From Anaeramoeba ignava BMAN (lineage: Eukaryota; Protista; Anaeramoebae), in contig JAPDFW010000073.1 of NCBI GenBank assembly GCA_028826165.1, positions 1 through 64,000 on the forward strand: a DNA stretch of 64,000 nt, in the 5' to 3' direction. Below the pieces are notes generated by a model, which saw only the letters and a program-made list of their open reading frames with translations, did no database searches and was not told where the DNA came from. How positions within the stretch are numbered: the stretch's first letter is position 1; every line of letters starts with the position of its first letter. The translations under genes were made by a program, and so were the position numbers. Positions 17,256 to 28,170 of the stretch are shown here, piece after piece.

Positions 17256-18637
17256 ATGCAAAAAGAAAATTCAAATGAAAATCAAAAGAAAATTTAAATG
17301 AAAATTTAAATGAAAATTTAAATGAAAATTCAAATGAAAATTCAAATGAAAATTCAAATGAAAATCCAAATGAAAATTTAAAAGAAAATTCAAAAGAAAA
17401 TTTAAATGAAAATTCAAATGAAAATTCAAATGAAAATTCAAATGAAAATTCAAATGAAAATTCAAAAGAAAATTCAAATGAAAATCAAATGAAAATTCAA
17501 ATGAAAATCAAAAAGAAAATCAAAAAGAAAATCAAAATGAAAATCAAAAAGAAAATCAAAATGAAAATCAAAAAGAAAATTCAAATGAAATTAATGATGA
17601 AACAGAAGAAATTGAAGTTGTAGATATTGATGAAGAAAAATTAAAAGATGAACAAACTCAAAAAAAAATTGAAGAAAAAAAACAAATTTCAAAAGATGAT
17701 GATTCAAAAAAAATTCATCGAGGAATTCCAAAAGCTCTTTTCCTTGTATTTTCTAAATAATAAAATTAAAAATTAAAAATTAAAAATTAAAAATCTTAAT
17801 AATAATTTCTTTATATTTTTCTAAGAACGATATTCGAAATGAAATTCTAGAAATTGAAGATGCAGAACAATTACTTTTAAAAGTGCAACAACAATATACG
17901 TAAATTGCAATAAATTGTTTTATTTCATCAAAAATCAAAAACAAAAATCAAAAATCAAAAATCAAAAAAAATTTTTTTCCTTTCTTTTTATGGATTTTTT
18001 TTATCTTTAAAATTATTTAAATTTAGTAAGTATAAATTAATGGAATCAAGTCTTCATAGTCAATATGCACAAATTAAAGGCAAAATACCAAGATTAGAAG
18101 AAGATTTAGAAATGATATATGCTCTCAAAAAAAAGAAAGAACAAGGTGGAGAATTAACAACTCAATTTAAAGTTGCAGATCTTGTTTATTCAACTGCAGT
18201 TGTTGAAAATTTTGATTATGTTTCTTTATGGCTTGGTGTAAATTCATTTATTAAAATTTAAAATTCATTTATTAAAATTTAAAATTCATTTATTAAAATT
18301 TAAAATTCATTTATTAAAATTTAAAATTTATTTATTAAAATTTATTTATTAAAATTCATTTATTAAAATTTATTTATTAAAATTCATTTATTAAAATTTA
18401 TTTATTAAAATTTATTTATTAAAATTTATTTATTAAAATTAGGCAAATGTAATGCTTGAATATCCTATTGATGAAGCAGCTAAATTATTAGAAAATAATA
18501 TTTCAAATGCAAAAAAAACTATTGAGGAATTACTTTCAGATATTAATTATTTAAAAGACCAAATTACAACTACTGAAGTTACTATATCTAGAGTTTATAA
18601 TCACAGCGTCAAATTAAACAGATTAAAAAAGAAATAG
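17256..18637 (+). CDS. VBP1: Prefoldin subunit 3 (VBP1) with low-complexity ENSN/ENQK N-terminal extension
   Basis: HRGIPKALFL, KYKLME, VSLWLG|ANVMLEYPIDEA..LL, LKDQITTTEVTISRVYN are PFD3 signatures; 4 exons. Start codon uncertain because the upstream repeat has apparent frameshifts. Confidence 0.9.
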
Positions 18638-18892
18638 ATTTTAATCTTTTCCATTTTCAAAAACAAAAACAAAGAAAAGAAAAAGATAATAACAAATTGA
18701 TAACAAAAATTTTTTTTTGAAAGCTTTTTTTTGATTCTTCTTTCCACTTTTTTTCACTTTCTAAAAAAAAAAAAGACACAAAAATCTCTTTAAATCTAAA
18801 TTCTTTTTTACAAAAATATTTCAATTTCTTGAACAAAAAAAACACAATTTGATAAATAATTTTATTTATCATTTTTTAAATAATTTTTAAAT

Positions 18893-20747
18893 TTAATCTG
18901 AATTAGAATTAGAATTAGAATTAGAATTAGAATTAGAATTAGAATTAGAATTAGAATTAGAATTAGAATTAGAATTAGATTTAGAATTAGAATTAGAATT
19001 AGATTTAGAATTAGATTTAGAATTAGAATTAGATTTAGAATTAGAATTAGAATTAGAATTAGAATTAGAATTAGAATTAGAATTAGAATTAGAATTAGAA
19101 TTAGAATTAGAATTAGAATTAGAATTAGAATTAGAATTTGAATTAGAATTAGAATTAGAATTTGAATTAGATTTAGAATTAGATTTAGAATTAGATTTAG
19201 ATTTTGATTTAGATTTTGATTTAGATTTTGATTTAGATTTTGATTTAGATTTTGATTTAGATTTTGATTTAGATTTTGATTTTGATTTTGATTTTGATTT
19301 TGATTTTGAATTAGAATTAGAATTAGAATTAGAATTAGAATTAGATTTAGAATTAGATTTAGAATTAGAATTTGAATTAGATTTTAGAAAATTTTCAATT
19401 TCTTCTTTTAAAAAATCATTTTTATTTCGTTCCATTAAATTTCTCCATTTATCTCGAAGATCTTTTGTATTTCTTAATTTATTAATTTTGATTTCTGGAT
19501 CTTGTCTTATTTGAAACCATGATCCAACACCATATTTTTTAATTCCTTTTAACAAATTTTGAGTTTCTTCTTTTGTCCAAAATCCTCCTCTTGATTTTAA
19601 TTTTAATTTTGATTTTGATTTTAAATTTGATTTTGAATTGGATTTTGATTTTGAATTTGATTTTGAATTGGATTTTAAATTTGAATTTAATTTTGATTTT
19701 GATTTTGATTTTGATTTTGATTTTGGTTTTGATTTTGATTTTGAATTGGATTTTGATTTTGATTTTGATTTTGATTTTGGTTTTAAATTGGATTTTGATT
19801 TTTTGTGCTTCTTAGTTTTTGCTCTTTTGATAATTTCATTTAATGGATCTGTTTTCTTGTTTTTTTTCCGATAATGTTTTAAAATTTTTAAATTTTTCTT
19901 TTCTTCATTTTCTTCTTTTTGTTGTTGATTTTTGTTTCGACTTGAATTTATTTTAAGTATCTGAATCTAAATAAATGAAAATGAAAATTGTTTTTTATAT
20001 TTTATATTTTGAATAAAAATTGAGAAATTGCAAAATACTTTTTCAAATTGAGTAGGAATAAATTCTTTAAATTCTTCCTCAACATCATTTTTGAAAAATT
20101 GTTTTTTATTCTCAAATAAGCTTAAGTCTTGAAGTTTTAAAAATAAAATTTTTAGATCTTCTCCATTCATTTCGATAAGATTAGGATAAGTTAATTGATT
20201 TGAAATATCAACTAAATTGTTTGTATTTTGATAATTAATTGTGGAGTTTTGATTTTTTGAATCAAATTTATAAATTGTATTTAGAAATAAAAGATCTCTG
20301 AAAAGTAATAAAAAATCTCTGCTCTCTTTTAAATTATCATTATTTTCTGGAAAAATTAAATCTAATTGCTCTTTCATAATTTGTAAATCTTCCCTTGATA
20401 AAGAAGAACCAACTTTAGTTTATTATATTAATTGATTTGCAAAGAAGTAAATTCAATTTAAAATTCAATTTAAAAAAAAGAACAAAAACAATTACTTGTT
20501 CGTTAATAAATTTTAATAAATTTGGATTTTTTAAAAATTTAAATGCTTCTTTGAATGGCATTAAATCTTCTCTTTTTTCAACAAATCTCAAGCCATGCAA
20601 TATTAATAACTGTTTTGTTTTTTGATCTGTGCTTGGGTTTGATAACATCATTCTAAAATTGAAATTGAATTTCTCAATTATATCACTTAAATTGTAAATA
20701 AGAACATGTTCAAAAATTAAACTAGAAATAAGTGAAATTGATTCCAT
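18893..20747 (-). CDS. Telobox-type single Myb domain protein (TRF/TRFL-like telomere-repeat-binding candidate)
   Basis: FWTKEETQNLLKGIKKYGVGSWFQI...RNTKDLRDKWRNL matches the telobox Myb consensus (W..EE...L..G...YG.G.W..I...R...DLKDKWRN). Helical N-terminal exons; SN/SK dipeptide tail. Upstream exon joins uncertain. Confidence 0.75.
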
Positions 20748-20851
20748 ATTTATTTTTTTTTTTGAGAAAGAAAAGAAAAATGATTTTTCAAAGTCAAAAA
20801 TTTATTTTTATTTTTATTTTTTTTTGTTATTAAAAAGTGGATTTTGGATCA

Positions 20852-21022
20852 TTTTTTTTCTTTCATTCTCATTTATTTTTGATAATTTTTTTAAATCAAA
20901 AAAAAACAAAACAAAACAGAAAAGCAAAATTTAAATAACATGTAAACAAATTTTTTTTTGTTCTGTTTTGTTTTTTTTTGGAAAAGAAAATAATCAAAAA
21001 TAAATGAGAATGAAAAAAAAAA
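20852..21022. repeat. Imperfect inverted repeat (foldback), about 80-bp arms
   Basis: 20861-20883 tttcattctcatttatttttgat is the exact reverse complement of 20993-21015; inner arms caaaaaaaaacaaaac(aaaac)agaa / ttctgttttgtttttttttg; centre contains palindrome acatgt. Confidence 0.85.
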
Positions 21023-21114
21023 GAAAATTTAAAAAAATAAAAGGAATTTATTTGATCTAAAATTGTGTTTTGTGTTTATTATTTTGGATAATAATTTGAG
21101 AATAAGATAATATT

Positions 21115-22701
21115 TTATATATCATCAAATGTATCATCATATTCATCATCATAATGATCTGAATGAAATCTTTGTAGTTGAGAAAAACCTCGAAGTTTAT
21201 TATCAACATCTTTTTTATCGAAAATTTCTTTTAGAAGAGATTTTTCATCGAAATTAGATTGAGTTTTAGTTGTAGAACTAAGAACTTGAAAAGAAAGATC
21301 ATCTGGAGAATTATCAGTTGTTTTATTAAGAAGAAAATTGATAACTTCTTCATAATTGCCATCGAATTGCTTGAGAAGTTCCTGGATATCTTCAGTAGAA
21401 ATATTTGGAAACATTGTTTGGATGGATTCTATTGTTGAAGAGTCATCCAAATCAACTGATATTTCTTCGATTAGCTCATGAATTTCTGGGAATTCATTTT
21501 GGAAATTGATTTTTCTGCGAATTCTGTTAATGAAGAGGTTGTCAGAAAAAAGATCGTTTATAAACGGGTTTTGATCAAGATCTTCGTTGTTATTTTCGTC
21601 GTTGTCTTCAATGGAATTTGAATTATTTTCAGAGGAGATGGACTTGAAGAAATCAACAACTGACTTTGGATTGAATTGGGGTGATTCAAAGCTTCCCATG
21701 ATGACAGAACGACTCAGAAGAATCAAATACTTTTTGGAAACCTTAAGCATAAAAGAGATGTCGATATCAGAAACAAAATCGGTTTTATCAGTTGTGAAGT
21801 TGAGAGTGACTTCAGGGATTGTTTGGTTATAAATTTTGGAGCTGATCAGAGGCAAGAGCGGGAATAAATAAACAGAAAGATTGGGGACAACAGAAACAAA
21901 GGAAGAAAGAGAGCAAGATATGTCGAGGATATAGGACACTAGATCTACGATGGTGCTAAAATTTTTGACTGAAATATCCATGAGCCTTTTGTTTTCTTTC
22001 TCTTCGTCTGCAGTTTTTGGGTGAGTAATTTTGTTTGATTTTTGGAAGCCGATAATAACGTCTGAGGTCTCAGTTATTTTTTTGATGACTTCGATTGACA
22101 AAGAAACGGCTTTTTTGAGGTCTTCAATATATTTGGGTTGAATATCGAAAATTTTTCTGATCACATTTGAAACAACTTCGAAATTTGTTTTGCTATAGAG
22201 AGTGCAAATATCGAAAATTTTGGGGATTGTAAACAACTGTTTTTCATATATAATTTTGGAGTAGAAATTCTCTTCTAAATAGGAATTGTGTTCTTGAAGA
22301 TGTGATAAGCGGGCAATTGTTTTAAAAATCATCTCGTCAATTCCCGAAAGGGTTGATGAAAAAATAATCTTCGATTGGTCGAAAAATCTTCGACGAAATT
22401 GAAGATAGGAATCAATCAGTTCGTTTAAACTTTTGTCATAAATAACTTGGTTCCAAAAGCTTTGGAAATCCATCCGCAATAATTTGCGTAAATCTTGATG
22501 GGTTGTAAGCAGAACTTCAAAGCTTGTTGGAGCTTCTGTTTCTTGGTCTTGAATTTCATCTGGAATGTTATCTTCAGGTAGAAATTTGATAAAATGTATT
22601 TTTTCTTTCCAGATTGGAGATAAACTGGGAATTTTGCGTGTTTTTGATTCTGTTTGAAGTACTGTAAATGATTTATTGAGACAAATTCTTTGGTTTGACA
22701 T
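21115..22701 (-). CDS. ASCC2: Activating signal cointegrator 1 complex subunit 2 (CUE domain)
   Basis: FWNQVIYDKSL..LIDSYLQFRRRFFD, LFTIPKIFDICTLY, CUE (IQTMFPNI...LLKQFDGNYEEVINFLL) and YDDEYDDTFD motif; likely start MSNQR at 22701. Confidence 0.85.
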   Translation of the reverse strand: MSNQRICLNKSFTVLQTESKTRKIPSLSPIWKEKIHFIKFLPEDNIPDEIQDQETEAPTSFEVLLTTHQDLRKLLRMDFQSFWNQVIYDKSLNELIDSYLQFRRRFFDQSKIIFSSTLSGIDEMIFKTIARLSHLQEHNSYLEENFYSKIIYEKQLFTIPKIFDICTLYSKTNFEVVSNVIRKIFDIQPKYIEDLKKAVSLSIEVIKKITETSDVIIGFQKSNKITHPKTADEEKENKRLMDISVKNFSTIVDLVSYILDISCSLSSFVSVVPNLSVYLFPLLPLISSKIYNQTIPEVTLNFTTDKTDFVSDIDISFMLKVSKKYLILLSRSVIMGSFESPQFNPKSVVDFFKSISSENNSNSIEDNDENNNEDLDQNPFINDLFSDNLFINRIRRKINFQNEFPEIHELIEEISVDLDDSSTIESIQTMFPNISTEDIQELLKQFDGNYEEVINFLLNKTTDNSPDDLSFQVLSSTTKTQSNFDEKSLLKEIFDKKDVDNKLRGFSQLQRFHSDHYDDEYDDTFDDI

Positions 22702-22786
22702 TTTGAAATTTAAAAGAAACAGAAAAAAAAAAATGAAAAAAAAAATTAAAAAAATTTTTTCATTTTTTTTTTCCTTCATTTTTAAA
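22702..22786. promoter_or_regulatory. 85-bp bidirectional promoter (ASCC2/CK2 beta) with TCATTT initiator-like motifs on both strands
   Basis: Divergent ATGs at 22701 and 22787; aaatgaaaaa (TCATTT on the minus strand) on the left, ttttcatttt and ttcattttt on the right. Confidence 0.55.
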
Positions 22787-24032
22787 ATGTCAAACAACCA
22801 AGAAACAAAAGAAACTTGGATAGAACAATTTTGTAAACAAAAAGGAAATGAATTTTTTTGTGAAGTTGAGGAATCTTTTATTAATGATAGTTTTAATTTA
22901 ACGGGAATTTCTTCAATGGTTGGAAATAATTTTAGAGATGCCTTAAGAAAAATTAAAGGACAACAAACTAAAAAAGGTTTGTTTCCATTTCTCTTTCTAT
23001 TTCTCTTATTATTATTATTATTTTTCTTTTAAAAAAAAACAGAATTGGATCAAGAACAAAAAATTGCTTTTGATAAAGATACTATTATTCTTTATGGTTT
23101 GATTCATGCCCGATATATTATTACTTCAAGAGGATTAGATGCAATGGTTTTTTTTTATTCATTTATTTATCAATTTTCCTTTATAAATAATTATTTCTTT
23201 TTTTTGAAATTTAGGCTGAAAAGTTTAGAAATGGTGAATTTGGAAAATGTCCAAATTTTTTTTGTAAAAATCAACCTTGTCTTCCTGTTGGTTTATCTGA
23301 AAAACCTGGACAAGTAAAATTTAAATTAAAATTAAATTTAAATCAAAATTCAATTCAAAATCAAAATTAAATCAAATTTAAAATTAAAATTCAAATCAAA
23401 ATTCAAAATTAAAATTCAAAATTCAAATCAAAATCAAAATTCAAATCAAAATCAAAATCAAAATTAAAATCAAATTTAAAATTAAAATTAAAATCAAAAT
23501 CAAAACCAAAATTAAAATTAAAATCAAAATCAAAATCAAAATCAAAATCAAAATCAAAATCAAAATTAAATTCAAAATCAAATTTAAAATCAAAATTAAA
23601 ATCAAAATTAAATTTAAATCAAAATTAAAATCAAAATTATTTTAGGATCAATTAAAATTATTTTGTCCTAAATGCCAAGATATTTATTATCCAAAACTTA
23701 GAAGACATACAAGTAAATTTTACTTAAAAAAGAAATAAATTTTTTCACTTAATTAATTAAATAAAAATGGTTGATTTCCAAAAAAAAAAAATTTAGAAAT
23801 TGATGGAGCTTATTTTGGACCAACATTTGCTCATTTACTTTTATTCTCAAATTCTGATTTAAATCCAAACCAAATAGAACAAAAATATATTCCAAAAATT
23901 TTTGGATTTGCAATTCATCCATCAGCAAAAAATTCAATAAGAAAAAGACATAAAAGAAGTCAAAATAGAAATAATCAAAACAAAAAAAATAATGAAGAAA
24001 AAGAAGTGAAAAATAATGAAGAAAAAAAATAA
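22787..24032 (+). CDS. CSNK2B: Casein kinase II regulatory beta subunit (5 exons)
   Basis: TWIEQFC...GNEFFCEVEESFINDSFNLTG, LYGLIHARYIITSRG, FGKCP..FC..QP.LPVGLS, KLFCPKCQDIY, IDGAYFGPTFAHL, YIPKIFGF. Confidence 0.97.
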
Positions 24033-24306
24033 TCAAAATTAATTTTTAATCAAAAAAAAAATTAATCAATTAAAATTTTTTCTTTTAACTTTTTTATCAA
24101 AAAAATTAATCAAAAAAATTAATCAAAAAAAAAAAAAATAATAATAAATAACAAAATTATTTTTAATTATGTATCCGATTTTTATTTTATTTATTTGAAA
24201 AAAAGAAAATGAAAAAAAAGTTTTTGTTTTGAAAGAAAAACCAACTGATATTTTTTTATCAAAAAAGTAAAAAAAAAAAGAAATGAATGAAGATTTAGAA
24301 TGAAAT

Positions 24307-25745
24307 CTAGATATTAGATGGATAAAGCATAACTCTGCAAGGAGCACCAAAAGAAGTAGTTGGAAGATTTGAAGTGAATCTGCATCTAACAACTCCTGAA
24401 TTTCCATGTGATTTACAAACTTTTCCTGAATTTTTTAATTTTAATTTTAATTTGAATATTAATTTTATTTATAATTTTAATTTTAATTTTAAATTTAATT
24501 TTAATATTAATTTTAATTTTAAATTTAATTTTAATATTAATTTTAATTTTAATTTTAATTTTAATTTTAATTTTAATTTTTAATATTAATTTTAATTCTA
24601 ATTTTAATATAATTTTTAATATTAATTAATTTTAATTTTAATATTAATTTAATAATAAATTAAAATTAATTTTTTTAATCAAAAAATTTTAATTTTAATT
24701 ATTATTAATTTTAATATTAATTTTAAATTTTATTTATTATTTTATTTTATTATTTTTTTTTTTATTTTATTTTTATTTTAATTTAATTTTAATTAATTTT
24801 TTAATTTTAATTTAATTAAATTTTTAATTTTAAAAATTAATTAATTTTAATTTTAATTTTAATTTTTTTAATTTTATTTTTTTTTAATTTTAATTTTTAA
24901 TTTTAATTTTAATTTTAATTTTAATTTTTAATTTTAATTTTTAATTTTAATTTTAATTTTAATTTTTAATTTTAATTTTAATTTTAATTTTAATTTTAAT
25001 TTTAATTTTAATTTTAATTTTAATTTTAATATTAATTTTAATATTAATTTTAATTAATTTTAATTTTAATTTTAATTTTAATTATAATTTTAATTTTAAT
25101 TTTAATTTTAATTTTAATTTAATTTAATTTTAATTTTATTTTTAATTTTATTTTTAATTTTAATTTTAATTTAATTTTAATTTTAATTTTTAATTTTAAT
25201 TTTAATTTTTAATTTTAATTTTAATTTTTAATTTTTATTTTTAATAATTTTAATTTTAATTTTAATTTTAATTTTAATTTTAATTTTAATTTTAATTTTA
25301 ATTTTAATTTTTAATATTAATTTTAATTTTAATTTTATTTTTAATTTTAATTTTTAATTTTAATTTAATTTTATTAATTTTAATTTTAATTTTAATTTTA
25401 ATTCTAATTCTAATTTTAATTTTAATATTTAATTATTAATTATGTTTTACCCCAAATAATTCTACTTCTTTGATTTTTTTGTTTTGCTTTTTGAACTCTG
25501 TAAATGTATGCAACTTTTTTTCCTAAATAAAATTTAGTTTCTTTTTTTGTACGAACTCCTTCAATTTTAATTAAAGAAACGTTTGGACGTTGATTTGTTT
25601 TAGATCTTTTTTATTTTATTTTTATTTATTATTTTTATTTATTTATTATTTTTATTTAAAAAATTTTTTTCTTTTTAATTTTAACAAACCTTTGATATCC
25701 CATAACAACTCCTTTTGAATAAAGTCTTGGTTTTTGTTTTCCCAT
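24307..25745 (-). CDS. RPL35A: 60S ribosomal protein L35a/eL33 (3 exons)
   Basis: [19 protein letters not shown] | [17 protein letters not shown]...[11 protein letters not shown]...RIIWG | [21 protein letters not shown]...RVMLYPSNI*. Not in the ORF track. Confidence 0.97.
24430..25440. repeat. (ttttaa)n intronic microsatellite in RPL35A
   Basis: Direct inspection; the same hexamer fills introns at about 44570-45000, 48420-49500 and 59020-59500. Confidence 0.9.
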
Positions 25746-26122
25746 TGTCAATACAAATCAAATAAAAGAATTAATAAGGAATTAAAAAGTAAAAAAATGA
25801 AAAAAAAAAAAATTTTTTTTAATTTAATTTTTTTTATTTTTTTTTTAAATTATTAATTATTATAAATTATTATTAATTATTATTTTTTTTTTTTATTTAT
25901 TTAAAAATTGAGAAAATTTGATTTTTTTTTCTTTCTTCTTTTTTTTTTTCATTTTTTTTTTAAAATCATTTCTTTCTTTCTTTTTTTTTTTTCCTTTTCA
26001 TTTATTTAAAAAAAAAAAATCAATTAAAATCAACGAAAGCAAATCAATTTAAATTTAAATTTAAATTTTAAATTAAATTTACTCAAATTAAATTAATAAA
26101 AAAAAAACAAACAAACAAATAA

Positions 26123-27896
26123 ATGGGAGACGAACTTTATAAATTAGTTGTTATTGGAGGTGGTTCAGGTAAAATGAATTAAAAGATATTTTTAATAGTT
26201 AATTTATTTTAAATCAATTTCATTATTTCAATCATTTATAATTTTATATTTAAAAAAAAAAAAACAAAATAACGGAAATGACACCCTTTTTTATATTTTT
26301 TTTATATTTAAAAAGTTTTTCTTTTTGCTTTTTTTTAAAAACAAGATTTAAGTCAAAAAAAATTTTTTTTTGAAAAGAGATCTTTTCTAAAAAAAAAAAA
26401 AAAAAAAAAAAACACTTATTTTTAATTAAAAATTTATTTAAAATTGATTGATCTTTTCTAATAATTTATTAAATTTATTAAAAAAAAAAACAACAAAATA
26501 TAAAAAAAAATTTATTTTGAAATAATTTAAAATAAAATAGTTGGAAAATCTTGTTTAACAGTTAGATATCTTCAAGGGAAATTTATTCAAGATTATGATC
26601 CAACAATTGGTAAAATTTAAATATAAATTTAAATACAAAATTTAAATATAAAAATTAAATATAAAATTTAAATATAAAAATTAAATACAAAATTAAATAC
26701 AAATTTAAAATATAAAAATTAAAATACAAATTTCAATATAAATTTAAATACAAATTTAAATACAAATTTAAATACAAAATTAAATATAAAATTTAAATAC
26801 AAATTTAAATATAAAATTTAATACAAAATTAAATATAAAATTAAATACAAAATTAAATATAAAATTAAATATAAAATTAAATATAAAATTTAAATACAAA
26901 TTTAATATAAAATTAAATATAAATTTAAATACAAATTAAATATAAAATTTAAATACAAATTTAAATACAAATTTAATATAAAATTTAATACAAAATTAAA
27001 TACAAAAATTAAATATAAAATTAAATATAAAATTTAATATTTTAGAGGAAAATTATCGTAAAATGGTAATTGTAGATGATAGACCATGTATGTTAGAGAT
27101 ACTTGATACAGCAGGACAAGAAGAATATAGAACAGTTAGAGATAAAGTAAAAAAAGAAACCAAAGAAGATTTATTTTCTATTATTTTATTCTATTGAATT
27201 ATTAACAATTTTCCACATTTTTTTTAATTAAAAAGTATTTAAAACAAGGACAAGGATTTCTTCTTTGTTACAGTATTACATCTCGTGCAAGTTTTTCTGA
27301 AGCAAAAAAACTTCATGAAACATTAAGAATAGTAAAAAAAACTAATAAAATTCCTATAGTAACTGTTGGTAATAAAACAGGTAATTAAAATTAAAATCAA
27401 AATTAAAATTAAAATTTATAATTAAAATTAAAATCAAATTTATAATTAAATTTATAATTAAAATTAAAATCAAAATTAAAATCAAAATTAAATTTATTTA
27501 GATCTTGAAAGTGATAGACTTGTTTCAACTGAAGAAGGAGAACAATTAGCTCAAGAATTTTCTTGTGAATTTATCGAAACGTAAAATTAAAATTTAAATC
27601 TAAATTAAAATTTAAATCTAAATTAAAATTAAAATTATAATCAAAATTAAAATCAAAATTAAAATTAAAATTATAATTAAAATTAAAATTAAAATTATAA
27701 TCAAAATCAAAATTAAAATCAAAATTAAAATTATAGATCTGCTAAAACAGGATTAAATGTTACAGAAGCTTATGAATCATTAGTTAGAGCTGTAAGAAAA
27801 TGGAAAATTGAACAAGAAACTTCTACAACAACTGTAACCACAAATGGTCAAAAACCTCAACTAAAGAAAAAAAAGAAGCTTTGTATGGTTATCTAA
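26123..27896 (+). CDS. Ras-family small GTPase (6 exons)
   Basis: YKLVVIGGGS|VGKS, YDPTI|EENYRK, ILDTAGQEEY, VGNKT|DL, ET|SAK, polybasic KKKKKL and CAAX box CMVI*. Confidence 0.97.
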
Positions 27897-28170
27897 AAAC
27901 TAAAGAAACGATAAGAACTTATTGTTCTTTAATCATTTTAATTTGACTTTTTTGTCCCTATTTTGTTTCTGCTTTGGATTTTTTTTTTACTTTTTTTTAC
28001 TGTTTTTTCGATCTTATTGTTTTCTCTTCATTTTTTTCATTCACAAAATCAATTCAAAAAAAAAATTTATTTTCTTTTTTTATTTTCTTTTTTATTTTTA
28101 TTTTTTATTTTTTTAAAAAGAATTTTTCATCATAGATCTTTTCTTCTTCTTTTTTTTTTGATTATTTTGA

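Noticed and set aside
18903-19385. Interstitial telomere or chromosome end
   Set aside because: Repeat is in frame within a gene, mixed with tttgat/ttagat variants, and flanked by ordinary genes.
26170-26540. Possible intronic snoRNA in Ras intron 1
   Set aside because: A few GC-containing words, but no convincing C/D or H/ACA box arrangement visible; no tRNA or rRNA recognised anywhere in the window.
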